From positions 42,098,001-42,162,000 of the forward strand of contig NC_091288.1 of NCBI RefSeq assembly GCF_032444005.1: a stretch of 64,000 nucleotides of DNA, read 5' to 3'. The notes under the pieces were generated by a model, which did not search any database, was not told where the DNA came from, and worked only from the letters and a program-made list of their open reading frames with translations. Both the position numbers and the translations under genes were made by a program. The number at the start of each line of letters is the position of its first letter. Position 1 is the first letter of the stretch. This document shows, in pieces, positions 47,190 through 60,321 of the stretch. Source of the DNA: Ranitomeya imitator. Its lineage: Eukaryota.

Positions 47190-48927
47190 GCTACCATAAA
47201 AGCAATGCATCCTTATGGAATCCCACAGGAAATATCTCAGCATGCCCCCATATAAAAGGATATTACAATAGGACCCATAAAAGTTTGTGCAGCTGGGTGG
47301 GTATACACTTTTGTACATGAGCCCCATATGATTTTGTGGTTTCCAAAAACTGTAATGGGTCATAATTGTAACCGAGCTCTTTTATATAATATATTATTAT
47401 TACTTAAAATATTATATACAATATTAATAATAACAGTACATAAAATATCTGGTAAATTATCAATTATAGTTTTTTTTCCAGATAGCTCTATTAAAAATGT
47501 ATAGTAGTAAAACAATAAGGAATATTGGTAAGAACAGAACAATTCGTTCGGCACTCTTATCATTTTCTGCATTTCTTAATCTCCGATTTAAAGGGTTTTG
47601 GGTAGCATCTTAGAACAAGTGGCAGTAGGTTAAATGCCACATTCAGCTGAGATTAACCTTGTCAAATAGCATTATGAATCTATTAGTAGTGTCACCAACA
47701 ATTGGAGGCACGAACTGCCCCGTTTCCATGTGATTAAGTTGTCATCATCGCTGCTTTTAACTTGTCTTCTTAAGAAGTGATTGTTTCATATAAATAAGAA
47801 ATATTGTACCTCACTTTTAATTCATTTATTCAGTATATCTACAATGTAACCACAGAATGTATAATGTATTCATGCAGGGTGGATACAGTCTAGATTTTTT
47901 GCCAAATATTCTGCTCGGACGACTACAACGGTATTAGCACAGTGGACAAGATTTTACCCCAAAACATCCACACGGCGCATGATCCACCAGGAAATCCACC
48001 TGCCGTTTTGATTTTAAATCCACAGCATGTCAATTTATGATGCAAAATTTCACTGTGGATTTCCCCCCATTTCATTGAATAGGGTGAAATCTGCAGCAAT
48101 ATAGGTGATAAGGAGTAACATGGTAGGGAATAACTATTAGATCATTAGCACTCCGACCAATGAGACCCCCACTGATAGCCAAAATGCATTATTATTATTT
48201 TTATTTTTTTATGTGAACCTGACAGCTGATACATGCTTTCTGATCCAGGGGGCAACCTGTGTAAGCTACAGGCTTTATTATTTTAGCCAGGTACGTTTGA
48301 CTCAGTTTAATAGCCGTCAGGGACCAAAGCGCACTGTAGACTAGTTGGACAGGCGGGTTCCCGACAGCTTCTCCCTGCCCTCTGTGCCTACATGTGCATA
48401 TAGGCAGAGACTGATCAATCCAAGGCAGTGGGTGGGGAGAAGCTGCCTGTGACCACCTGATCGACTAGTCTACAGCAAGGCTCGGTCCCTGGTGGCTATT
48501 AAAGGGAACCTGTCTGGTTATTTTTGTCTACTCTACTAATTGTATCTTGAAATAAGGCTTGGGCATCCTTTTAGGATATGTAACTTTTACATTTTGTTCA
48601 TTGCTGTAAGCACCTGAAAATGTATTCTCGCACCCTGGCAAGTCAAGCATATGTTAATGCCAAATGAATATTCTCCCCTTCCCCCACCTATAAGCCTGTC
48701 TACCCCTGCCACTGTCAGTGATTCAGGAAGACTGCCGTACGCCCAAGGAATGCATCACAATCTTCGGAGTGGCGGTTAGCTCTCCTGACCTGAGCGTGAT
48801 AGAAATACATGTTGTCACGCATGAATGAGTACCCTCCAGAGTGGGTGAGACATTTTTGTAAACTTTTGATTTATCGGTTTTGCCACAACCCTATAGTTCT
48901 AAAGTACCAAAGTAAGAACTATGTAAT

Positions 48928-49608
48928 TGTCACGACTCTGTTGCCAGGTGTCCCGGGATCAGGGGCTCCGTCCGTGTCTCTGATGCTAGGGGCACTCTAG
49001 CTCGCCCTGTTGTCCAGATTACTTCTGATGTGAAGATGCCGGGGCCACAAACTTTGCCTTAGCTCCTGATTCCGCCCTCAGTCTGTACCCTTCCCACACC
49101 CAGGGAAGAGGGGAGTAGTAGTGCACCGTAATACACCAACCAGACTAGCAAAGCAATACAATCAGGGGGAATGGAAAATACCAAACATACAAATATACTC
49201 ATACATACAACAAAGGAATGCACCGGCGAGTAGAGGATGGGGTAAAACCAAAGTAGGAGAAGGATAGGTATTATCACACACTCAAACACTAACAACAGTC
49301 ACAGATATACCCACCAAACGCCTTCCCCTATAATAACCAACAACAACCTCCAGCCATGCAGCATAAGCTAACTCTATTAATGAGTGCTAGCCAGGGCCCA
49401 GATTATATAGGAGATGGGAGTTGGCTAACAGTGCACAGCAGAGAGCCTTAGCTCCAGGAACTCTCAACTGAGCAGATTAACCATTGCTCTGCCCAAAGAA
49501 ATTTACACCAATTAATAAGAAGGTGAAGTGCTTCTAACCAGTGCAGGAGTAGGAAAAATCAGACGCTGCAGTCTTCTGGCTCCTCTCTGTCTCAGTAAAC
49601 CCATGACA
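48928..49608 (-). mobile_element. Solo LTR (family 3)
   Basis: TGTCACGAC...CCCATGACA with a near-TSD GTAAT/GTAGT. Confidence 0.75.
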
Positions 49609-50560
49609 GTAGTACTCTTCCATAGAGACACAGCCAGCCCAAGTGTTGCAGCCACAATAGAATCACTAACATGGCCTGCTGAGCTGGCCACATGCCATGT
49701 TCATACTGTGCATTTTGTAACTGGAAACTGCAAATGAAGTCTGTGGAAAAAAATGTTTTGAAAAAACTGCACGAAACCTACAAATGTCACCTAAATCATA
49801 AAAGTCTTGCTTTTCTGCAGGATTAATTTCCACCACCAAAATCAGACAGGGCACTATGACAGCACCAAAAAGATATTTCTTTAGGAGCACCATCATGGAT
49901 GTTGTAAACAGGAAGATGGATCTCGAGGTTTAACAATTCTGGCAATACAGATTGGTCTCCAATCCTCTTATGTCATATCTAAAGAAACTTGAGACCTCGG
50001 CTTTCTGTTCGGTGAAGACTTTATATGCCCCTCAGCTCCAATGTTTCAGCTTGTATTGAATTTGATACTGACTGTTGATAAAGGAGCTGAGAACCACGGA
50101 TGCGATATGTGGGGCATATACACTCATAGTTTAATGGCATGCTGAACTCTCAAGCTTAATGGCTAGGTGGTTTTATGCTTCCCCTTTAATTAAGAAATGT
50201 ATACATCAATTAAAATAGTGCAACTGGAAACAGTATTGTATGAATTAATGCAAACTTCAAATTACAATGAAGTAATTATTACAGTCGGATATCCAGGTAG
50301 GAAGTCAGGAAGGCATTTTCCCCCATAAATTAGTAAATGACTCACCGGGGCTTTTGTTTTTGTCTTCCTCTGATTTAACATAACAAATTTATAATTGAAA
50401 ACCGTTTGACCTTAACTGCCCTTTGTCTTTTTGTTTTACACCTTTATAAATGTTACTATTTCATTCCATGAATAATATTATCTCCTTTAATCAAATACAG
50501 ATAAAACTTATTTTCAGCAAAAGCATATTTATACAGGAATGCAATCAGCAATTCTGTATA

Positions 50561-52147
50561 CAGGTCCTTCTCAAAAAATTAGCATATAGTGTTAAATTTC
50601 ATTATTTACCATAATGTAATGATTACAATTTAACTTTCATATATTATAGATTCATTATCCACCAACTGAAATTTGTCAGGTCTTTTATTGTTTTAATACT
50701 GATGATTTTAGGATACAACTCCTGATAACCCAAAAAACCTGTCTCAATAAATTAGCATATCAAGAAAAGGTTCTCTAAACGACCTATTACCCTAATCTTC
50801 TGAATCAACTAATTAACTCTAAACACATGCAAAAGATACCTGAGGCTTTTATAAACTCCCTGCCTGGTTCATTACTCAAAACCCCCATCATGGGTAAGAC
50901 TAGCGACCTGACAGATGTCAAGAAGGCCATCATTGACACCCTCAAGCAAGAGGGTAAGACCCAGAAAGAAATTTCTCAACAAATAGGCTGTTCCCAGAGT
51001 GCTGTATCAAGGCACCTCAATGGTAAGTCTGTTGGAAGGAAACAATGTGGCAGAAAACGCTGTACAACGAGAAGAGGAGACCGGACCCTGAGGAAGATTG
51101 TGGAGAAGGACCGATTCCAGACCTTGGGGAACCTGAGGAAGCAGTGGACTGAGTCTGGTGTGGAAACATCCAGAGCCACCGTGCACAGGCGTGTGCAGGA
51201 AATGGGCTACAGGTGCCGCATTCCCCAGGTAAAGCCACTTTTGAACCATAAACAGCGGCAGAGGCGCCTGACCTGGGCTACAGAGAAGCAGCACTGGACT
51301 GTTGCTAAGTGGTCCCAAGTACTTTTTTCTGATGAAAGCAAATTTTGCATGTCATTCGGAAATCAAGGTGCCAGAGTCTGGAGGAAGACTGGGGAGAAGG
51401 AAATGCCAAAATGCCTGAAGTCCAGTGTCAAGTACCCACTGTCAGCTGCTGGTGTTGGTCCACTGTGTTTCATCAAGGGCAGGGTCAATGCAGCTAGCTA
51501 TCAGGAGATTTTGGAGCACTTCATGCTTCCATCGGCTGAAATGCTTTATGGAGATGAAGATTTCATTTTTCAGCACGACCTGGCACCTGCTCACAGTGCC
51601 AAAACCACTGGTAAATGGTTTACTGACCATGGTATTACTGTGCTCAATTGGCCTGCCAACTCTCCTGACCTGAACCCCATAGAGAATCTGTGGATATTGT
51701 GAAGAGAAAGTTGAGAGACGCAAGACCCAACACTCTGGATGAGCTTAAGGCCGCTATTGAAGCATCCTGGGCCTCCATAACATCTCAGCAGTGTCACAGG
51801 CTGATTGCCTCCATGCCACGCCGCATTGAAGCAGTCATATCTGCCAAAGGATTCCCGACCAAGTATTGAGTGCATAACTGAACATTATTATTTGATGGTT
51901 TTTTGGTTTGTTATTAAAAAACACTTTTATTTGATTGGATGGGTGAAATATGCTAATTTATTGAGACAGGTTTTTTGGGTTATCAGGAGTTGTATGCCAA
52001 AATCATCAGTATTAAAACAATAAAAGACCTGACAAATTTCAGTTGGTGGATAATGAATCTATAATATATGAAAGTTTAATTGTAATCATTACATTATGGT
52101 AAATAATGAAATTTAACACTATATGCTAATTTTTTGAGAAGGACCTG
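50561..52147 (+). mobile_element. Full-length Tc1 (DD34E) element with about 200-bp IR/DR TIRs
   Basis: TA|CAGGTCCTTCTCAAAAAATTAGCATAT ... AGAAGGACCTG|TA. TIRs at 50561-50760 and 51948-52147 each carry AATTAGCATAT at both ends. Confidence 0.95.
50890..51869 (+). pseudogene. Tc1 transposase with an in-frame deletion (about 51440) and a frameshift (about 51690)
   Basis: MGKTSDL..FSDESKF..QHDLAPAH..SPDLNPIE (D-34-E). The usual VMVWG segment is missing, and ..KGFPTKY* lies in a shifted frame. Confidence 0.9.
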
Positions 52148-52426
52148 TACATATAACATGGGGCAATTCCTAGAATGTCACTGCATGCACATGCATAGTT
52201 ACATATTGGCTCTGCACAACTTTGCAAGGACCCATAATGTCTTTGGGGTCTTATGATACTGCATGCTTCAAGCCTAAAGGTGAGCATATACTGTACATTA
52301 AAAAAACTGCCTGGGCAAATGACCTGTCACGGGAGTGCCACGACATGGAGGGACCATAGGATCACGGCGTCTGGTTTCACAAACTCCTGCACTGATGAGA
52401 AGTGCTTCAACATCTGATGTGTTAGG

Positions 52427-55400
52427 TGTTGTGGATTCTGTTTTTGGGCTCCCTCTGGTGGTTACAGATGGTACTGGGTGACTTGTGTTCTCTGCGGTCT
52501 CTGGTGTCCACCTGTTCTATCAGGATATGGGAGTTTCCTATTTAACCTGGCTTTCTTGTAATTTCATCGCCGGCGATCAATGTAATCAGTGTGTCTTGTT
52601 ACCTCTACTTTCCGCTTCTGTAATCATCAGGACAAGCTAAGTTTTTTATTTTCCTGTTCCACGTTTTGCTTTATTTTTGTTTTAGTCCAGCTTGCAGTTA
52701 TGTGATTCCTTGTTGCTGGTTGCTCTAGTGGGCTGATATTACTCCTCATGTTCCATGAGTTGGCACATGAGTTCAAGTAATTTCAGGATGGTTTTTTGTA
52801 GGGTTTTTCGCTGACCGCGCAGTTCACTTTTGTATCCTCTGCTATCTAGTTTTAGTGGGCCTCATTTTGCTGAATCTGTTTTCATTACTACGTATGTGCT
52901 TTCCTCTCATTTCACCGTCATTACATGTGGGGGGCTGCTATTTCTGTGGGGTGTTTCTCTGGAGGCAAGAGAGGTCTTTGTTTCTTCTAATAGGGGAAGC
53001 TAGTTCTTCGGCTGGCGCGAGACGTCTGGAATCATCGTAGGCACGTTCCCCGGCTACTGCTAGTGTTGTGAATTAGGTTCAGGATCGCGGTCAGCTCAGT
53101 TTCCATCACCCTAGAGCTTGTTCTGTTTTTTTTGTGCTTGTCCTTTTGTGATCCCCTGCCATTGGGATCATGACAGTATCGCCGGCCTGAAAAGTGGTAA
53201 TCGTATTGGCTGAAGTAGGAGGAAAAGTAGTCTGAGGAAGTTTTTTTTTTTTCCTTCCCTCAAAGTTTGCTGCCTAGCCTTAATTGCAGCCTGGCTACGT
53301 CTTACCTCCTCTTAATCCTTGAATGGCTCTGACCTCAGCTGTTTATCATGGACGTCCAGAGTTTGGCTTCCAGCCTGAATAATCTTGCTGCTAAGGTTCA
53401 AAATATACAAGATTTTGTTGTACATGCTCCTATGTCTGAACCTAGAATTCCTATCCCAGAGTTTTTTTCTGGAGATAGATCTAGTTTTCTGAATTTTAGG
53501 AACAATTGCAAGTTGTTTCTTTCTTTGAAATCTCGCTCCTCTGGAGACCCTGCTCAGCAAGTCAAGATTGTAATATCTTTCCTGCGGGGTGACCCTCAGA
53601 ATTGGGCATTTGCATTGGCACCAGGGGATCCTGCGTTGCTCAATGTGGATGCGTTTTTTCTGGCATTGGGTTTGCTCTATGAGGAACCTAACCTAGAGAT
53701 TCAGGCTGAAAAAGCTTTATTGGCTCTCTCTCAGGGGAAAGATGTAGCAGAAATATATTGTCAGAAATTTCGGAAATGGTCGGTGCTTACTCAGTGGAAT
53801 GAGTGCGCTCTGGCTGCAAAATTCAGAGATGGCCTTTCTGAGGCCATTAAAAATGTTATGGTGGGGTTCCCTGCGCCTACAGGTCTGAATGAGTCTATGA
53901 CTATGGCTATTCAGATTGATCGGCGTTTACGGGAGCGCAAACCTGTGCACCATTTGGCGGTGTCTTCTGAACAGGCACCTGAGACAATGCAATGTGATAG
54001 AATTCAGTCCAGAAGTGAACGGCAAAACTATAGGCGGAAAAATGGGTTGTGTTTTTATTGTGGTGATTCAGCTCATGTTATATCAGCATGCTCTAAACGC
54101 ACAAAAAAGGTTGATAAGTCTGTTGCCATTAGTACTTTACAGTCTAAGTTCATTCTGTCTGTGACTCTGATTTGTTCATTATCAGCCATTTCCGTCGATG
54201 CCTATGTGGATTCAGGCGCTGCCCTGAGTCTTATGGATTGGTCATTTGCCAACCGCTGTGGGTTTAGTCTGGAGCCTCTGGAAGTCCCTATTCCTTTGAA
54301 AGGAATTGACTCTACACCTTTGGCTATGAATAAACCTCAGTACTGGACACACGTGACCATGCGTATGACTCCCGTTCATCAGGAGGTGATTCGCTTCCTG
54401 GTACTGTATAATTTACATGATGTCTTAGGGCTTGGTCTGCCATGGTTACAAACTCATAACCCAGTCTTGGACTGGAAAACGATGTCTGTGTTAAGCTGGG
54501 GATGTCAGGGGGTTCATGATGATGCACCTCCGATTTCTATCGCTTCATCTACTCCTTCTGAGGTTCCTGTATTTTTGTCTGATTATCGGGATGTTTTTGA
54601 GGAGCCTAAGCTCAATTCGCTTCCTCCTCACAGGGATTGCGATTGTGCTATAGATTTGATTCCTGGCAGTAAATTTCCTAAAGGTCGTTTGTTCAATCTG
54701 TCAGTGCCAGAGCATACTGCTATGCGGGATTATGTTAAGGAGTCCTTGGAAAAGGGACATATCCATCCATCTTCGTCTCCTTTGGGAGCAGGTTTTTTTT
54801 CGTGGCCAAAAAAGATGGTTCCTTGAGGCCTTGTATAGATTACCGTCTTTTGAATAAGATTACGGTCAAATATCAGTATCCTTTGCCATTGTTGACTGAT
54901 TTGTTCGCTCGCATTAAGGGGGCTAAATGGTTCACTAAGATTGATCTTCGGGGTGCGTATAATCTTGTGCGGATTAAGCAGGGTGATGAGTGGAAAACCG
55001 CATTTAATACGCCTGAGGGCCATTTTGAGTATTTGGTGATGCCTTTTGGACTTTCTAATGCTCCTTCTGTCTTCCAGTCCTTTATGCACGATATTTTCCG
55101 TGAATATCTGGATAAATTTATGATTGTGTATTTGGATGATGTTTTGTTTTTTTTCTGATGACTGGGAGTCCCATGTTCAGCAGGTCAGGAAGGTGTTTCA
55201 GGTCCTGCGGGCCAATTCTTTGTAAAAGGTTCAAAGTGTCTCTTTGGAGTCCAGAAGATTTCTTTTTTGGGGTATATTTTTTCCCCTTCTACTATTGAGA
55301 TGGATCCCGTCAAGGTTCAAGCTATTTGTGACTGGACGCAGCCTACATCTCTTAAGAGTCTACAGAAGTTCTTGGGCTTTGCTAATTTTTATCGTCGTTT

Positions 55401-58152
55401 CATAACTAATTTTTCTAGTGTTGTTAAGCCTTTGACGGATCTGACTAAGAAGGGTGCTGATGTTGCTGATTGGTCTCCTGCGGCTGTGGAGGCCTTTCAG
55501 GAACTTAAGCGCCGGTTTTCTTCTGCTCCTGTGTTGCGTCAGCCAGATGTTTCGCTTCCTTTTCAGGTTGAGGTTGATGCTTCTGAGATTGGAGCGGGGG
55601 CGGTTTTGTCACAGAGAAGCTCCGATTGCTCGGTGATGAAGCCATGTGCGTTCTTTTCTAGAAAGTTTTCGCCCACTGAGCGGAATTATGATGTTGGTAA
55701 TCGGGAGCTTTTGGCCATGAAGTGGGCATTTGAGGAGTGGCGTCATTGGCTTGAGGGTGCTAGACATCGTGTGGTGGTCTTGACTGATCACAAAAATCTG
55801 ATTTACCTTGAGTCTGCCAAGCGTCTTAATCCTAGACAGGCTCGTTGGTCACTGTTTTTCTCCCGTTTCGATTTTGTGGTTTCATACCTGCCAGGTTCAA
55901 AGAATGTGAAGGCGGATGCTCTTTCTAGGAGTTTTGTGCCTGATTCCCCTGGAAATTCTGAGCCCACTGGTATCCTTAGGGATGGGGTGATTTTGTCGGC
56001 TGTCTTCCCAGACTTGCGACGTGCTTTGCAGGAGTTTCAGGCGGATAAACCTGATCGTTGTCCGCCTGAAAGACTGTTTGTTCCGGATAATTGGACCAGT
56101 AGAGTCATCTCCGAGGTCCATTCTTCTGCGTTGGCAGGTCATCCTGGATTATTTGGTACTAGAGACTTGGTGGCCAGGTCTTTTTGGTGGCCTTCCTTGT
56201 CGAGGGATGTGCGTTCTTTTGTGCAGTCTTGTGAAGTTTGCGCTCGGGCTAAGCCTTGCTGTTCTCGGGCCAGTGGATTGTTGTCACCTTTGCCTATCCC
56301 GAAGAGGCCTTGGACGCACATTTCCATGGACTTTATTTCGGATCTCCCTGTCTCTCAAAAAATGTCCGTCATCTGGGTTGTGTGTGACCGCTTTTCTAAG
56401 ATGGTTCATCTGGTACCCTTGCCTAAGTTACCTTCCTCCTCTGAGTTGGTCCCTCTGTTTTTTCAGAACGTGGTTCATTTGCATGGGATTCTGGAGAACA
56501 TTGTTTCTGACAGGGGATCCCAGTTTGTGTCTAGATTTTGGCGGACGTTCTGTGCTAAGATGGGCATTGATTTGTCCTTTTCGTCTGCATTCCATCCTCA
56601 GACGAATGGCCAGACGGAACGAACTAATCAGACCTTGGAAACTTATTTAAGGTGTTTTGTTTCTGCTGATCAAGATGACTGGGTTACCTTTTTGCCGCTT
56701 GCCGAATTTGCCCTTAATAATCGGGCTAGTTCTGCTACCTTGGTTTCTCCTTTCTTTTGTAATTCGGGGTTTCATCCTCGTTTTTCCTCTGGTCAGGTGG
56801 AGCCTTCTGATTGTCCTGGAGTGGACATGGTGGTGGATAGGTTGCATCAGATTTGGAGTCATGTGGTGGACAATTTGAAGTTGTCCCAGGAGAGGGCTCA
56901 GCAGTTGGCTAATCGCCGTCGCCGTGTGGGTCCTCGACTTCGTGTTGGGGACTTGGTGTGGTTGTCTTCTCGTTTTGTTCCTATGAAGGTCTCTTCTCCT
57001 AAGTTCAAGCCTCGGTTCATCGGTCCCTATAGGATCTTGGAAATTCTTAACCCTGTGTCGTTTCGTTTGGATCTCCCGGCATCGTTTGCTATTCATAATG
57101 TGTTCCATCGGTCGTTGTTGCGGAGGTATGAGGTACCTGTTGTTCCTTCGCTTGAGCCTCCTGCTCCGGTGCTGGTGGAGGGAGAATTGGAGTATGTTGT
57201 GGAGAAGATCTTGGATTCTCGTGTTTCCAGACGGAAACTTCAGTATTTGGTCAAGTGAAAGGGTTATGGTCAGGAGGATAATTCTTGGGTGGTTGCCTCT
57301 GATGTTCATGCTGCTGATTTGGTCCGTGCATTTCATGGGGCTCATCCTGGTCGCCCTGGTGGTTCTCGTGAGGGTCGGTGACCCCTCCTCAAGGGGGGGG
57401 TACTGTTGTGGATTCTGTTTTTGGGCTCCCTCTGGTGGTTACAGATGGTACTGGGTGACTTGTGTTCTCTGCGGTCTCTGGTGTCCACCTGTTCTATCAG
57501 GATATGGGAGTTTCCTATTTAACCTGGCTTTCTTGTCATTTCCTCGCCGGCGATCAATGTAATCAGTGTGTCTTGTTACCTCTGCTTTCCGCTTCTGTAA
57601 TCATCAGGACAAGCTAATTTTTTTATTTTCCTGTTCCACGTTTTGCTTTATTTTTGTTTTAGTCCAGCTTGCAGTTATGTGATTCCTTGTTGCTGGTTGC
57701 TCTAGTGGGCTGATATTACTCCTCATGTTCCATGAGTTGGCACATGAGTTCAAGTAATTTCAGGATGGTTTTTTGTAGGGTTTTTCGCTGACCGCGCAGT
57801 TCACTTTTGTATCCTCTGCTATCTAGTTTTAGCGGGCCTCATTTTGCTGAATCTGTTTTCATTACTACGTATGTGCTTTCCTCTCATTTCACCGTCATTA
57901 CATGTGGGGGGCTGCTATTTCTGTGGGGTGTTTCTCTGGAGGCAAGAGAGGTCTTTGTTTCTTCTAATAGGGGAAGCTAGTTCTTCGGCTGGCGCGAGAC
58001 GTCTAGAATCATCGTAGGCACGTTCCCCGGCTACTGCTAGTGTTGTGAATTAGGTTCAGGATCGCGGTCAGCTCAGTTTCCATCACCCTAGAGCTTGTTC
58101 TGTTTTTTTTGTGCTTGTCCTTTTGTGATCCCCTGCCATTGGGATCATGACA
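52427..58152 (+). mobile_element. Full-length chromodomain Gypsy LTR retrotransposon, copy B (related family with different LTRs)
   Basis: 749-bp LTRs (52427-53175 and 57404-58152) with about 6 differences by eye, PPT, and a flanking GTTAGG duplication. Confidence 0.97.
53348..57380 (+). pseudogene. gag-pol: gag-pol polyprotein with frameshifts (about 54795, 55150) and a stop in the chromodomain (57258)
   Basis: Same domain order and motifs as copy A (CFYCGDSAH, YVDSGA, YLDD, VDAS, MDFISDL, GPY, LEYVVEKILDSR). Confidence 0.95.
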
Positions 58153-58213
58153 GTTAGGGTGCTGCAGTGATAGAATCCATAATGGATCAAAAAATGGTTT
58201 CCGTCAGAGCTAA

Positions 58214-58898
58214 TGTCACAACTCTGTTGTCAGGTGTCCCAAGACCAGTGGTTGCTTCTCTGTCCCTCACGCTAGAGGCGCCCTAGTTCACCCTGTTCCT
58301 CATATTACTTATGATGGTGAATATACAGGGGCCACGTACCTTGCCTTACCTCCTGAATCCTCCCTCAGTCTGTATCCTTCCCCACCCCTGGAAGAGGGGA
58401 GTAGTAGTGTACCGTAATACACCAGACTAACAAGGTTGTACAAACAGGGATAAAGGAAAAAAACAATCATACAAGACTATGCACATAAACAACAGAGGTA
58501 AACACTGGGAAGTGGAGGATGGGGTTAAACCAAAGTAGAAGAAAAGGGAATTATCACACACTTAAAACCTAGCAATAGTCACAAATAAATCCACCAAACA
58601 CCTTCTCCAACAACAACCACCAACAACCTCCAGCCGTGCAGCATAAGCTACCTCTGACAATGAGTGCTAGCCAGGACCCAGTTTATATAGGAGATGGGAG
58701 TGAGGAGCAGTGCACAGCTGAGAGCCTTAATGCAGGAAAGCTTCGAGGAGCTCTCAAATGAGCAGATTAACCCCTGCACTGCTAAAATAAATTTACACCA
58801 TTTAATATGAAGGTGTAGTGCCTCTAAGCAGTGCAGGAGTAGGAGAAATCAGACGCTGCAGTTTTATGGCTCCTTTCTGTCATGGTAAACCCGTGACA
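58214..58898 (-). mobile_element. Solo LTR (family 3)
   Basis: TGTCACAAC...CCCGTGACA, homologous to 48928-49608. TSD not clear. Confidence 0.7.
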
Positions 58899-59099
58899 GT
58901 GCTATTGATTTATTAAATAAAAAATAAAATGGTTACTTATTAAATAATATGCTGGACATCACAATTACCACATTCTTTGAGCGTAGCTCAGCCACCCTGA
59001 TGATGAACTATAGTATATTTTTGCTTGCTATAGGATATGTTAAATATGTTCTGTTCAACTAAAGGTTGTTTATTTAATGTAGGCAAGATTGTTTCCTTC

Positions 59100-59427
59100 A
59101 AGAGTTTGTCCATGTTTGGCACACAAATCTGCAGTCACTCTATGTGACTGCAGACTTGTGAATCCTCACAGTACGCATAGTACGCTCTGTCAGGATTTTT
59201 AGGTGCTGACAGTAAGGCCAGGCAGTCATCTGACCACCATTATAAGTTATTTGTATGGAGCGAGACTATGCACGTCGAGTCGGAATGTACCTGGGAGTAT
59301 GTATATCGCATACTTGTGTTCAGATGATCACCCACTCCCAGCACCGGCAAATCCTGACAATGCACACTGCGAGGATTCACAAGAGTGACTGCAGACTTCC
59401 GTGCCAAATCTGGACAAGCCCTTTAAG
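59100..59427. mobile_element. T2-type MITE (decayed)
   Basis: Inverted ends around GTGACTGCAGACTTGTGAATCCTC and a CCC|TTAA-like right end. Confidence 0.5.
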
Positions 59428-60124
59428 AAAGATGTCATAATAAGACAAACCCTTCACAAATTACAGCTATCCCATTGATCAACTGACCACCAGTTGGCTG
59501 CTGTAACAAACAAAAAAATAGCTGCTATCACCTGAAGCTGTGTAGAACCACATGATTTCCCTGCAGCTGCTATCTTAGCTTGGTTTCCCAGAGCCTTTTG
59601 GGTTTAGATATTGCTGTCCCCAACTGGATCTTAAAGAGTGGCCATATCACAGCTGTGTGAAACCAAAATTATATTGCTTTCAGACTGAAAAAAAAAGTTC
59701 TTTATTGGACAAGGGCAGACATACTACACGTGCAATCTGCTCAGATGCCAAGTAGGAGAGGGTGTCCATTGCTAACTTAAAAACAGCTTGTTACTGTCAA
59801 TTTGATTCTACAGAATAAACTTAAATGATACATGTCATGTTTCACAATTAATAGGGAGTCATTACAGAATTAATGGGGTTGTCCAGCCTTAGGGTTCAAG
59901 TCTGTAGTCATTCTTTGTGACTGCAGACTTGTGAAACCTCAGAGCGTGCTGTCAGGATTCTCTGGTGCTAGGATCGGTTGGGCGCATGACCGCAAGTATG
60001 TGATTTGCATACATGTGGTCACATGCCGACTAGACATGTGTGGCCTCACTCATTTCAAGTGCATTGGGCGAGGCCAGATATATCTAGTACGAATGTGGCC
60101 TGAAGCATCGGAAAAACGTCATAA

Positions 60125-60318
60125 GGCTGCCATCACACAATCAGTATTTGGTCAGTATTTTACATCAGTATTTGTAAGCCAAAACCAGGAGAGGAACAAT
60201 TAGAGGAAAAGTATAATAGAAACACGTCACCACTTCTGTATTTATCACCCACTCCTGGTTTTGGCTTACAAATACTGATGTAAAATACTGACCAAATACT
60301 GAGCATGTGACGGCAGCC
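60125..60318. mobile_element. Harbinger-type MITE
   Basis: GGCTGCCATCACA / TGTGACGGCAGCC with TAA flanks. Confidence 0.75.
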
Positions 60319-60321
60319 TAA

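Noticed and set aside
42782-57345. Antisense ORFs of 140-230 aa within the Gypsy elements
   Set aside because: Shadow frames of gag-pol with no independent motifs.
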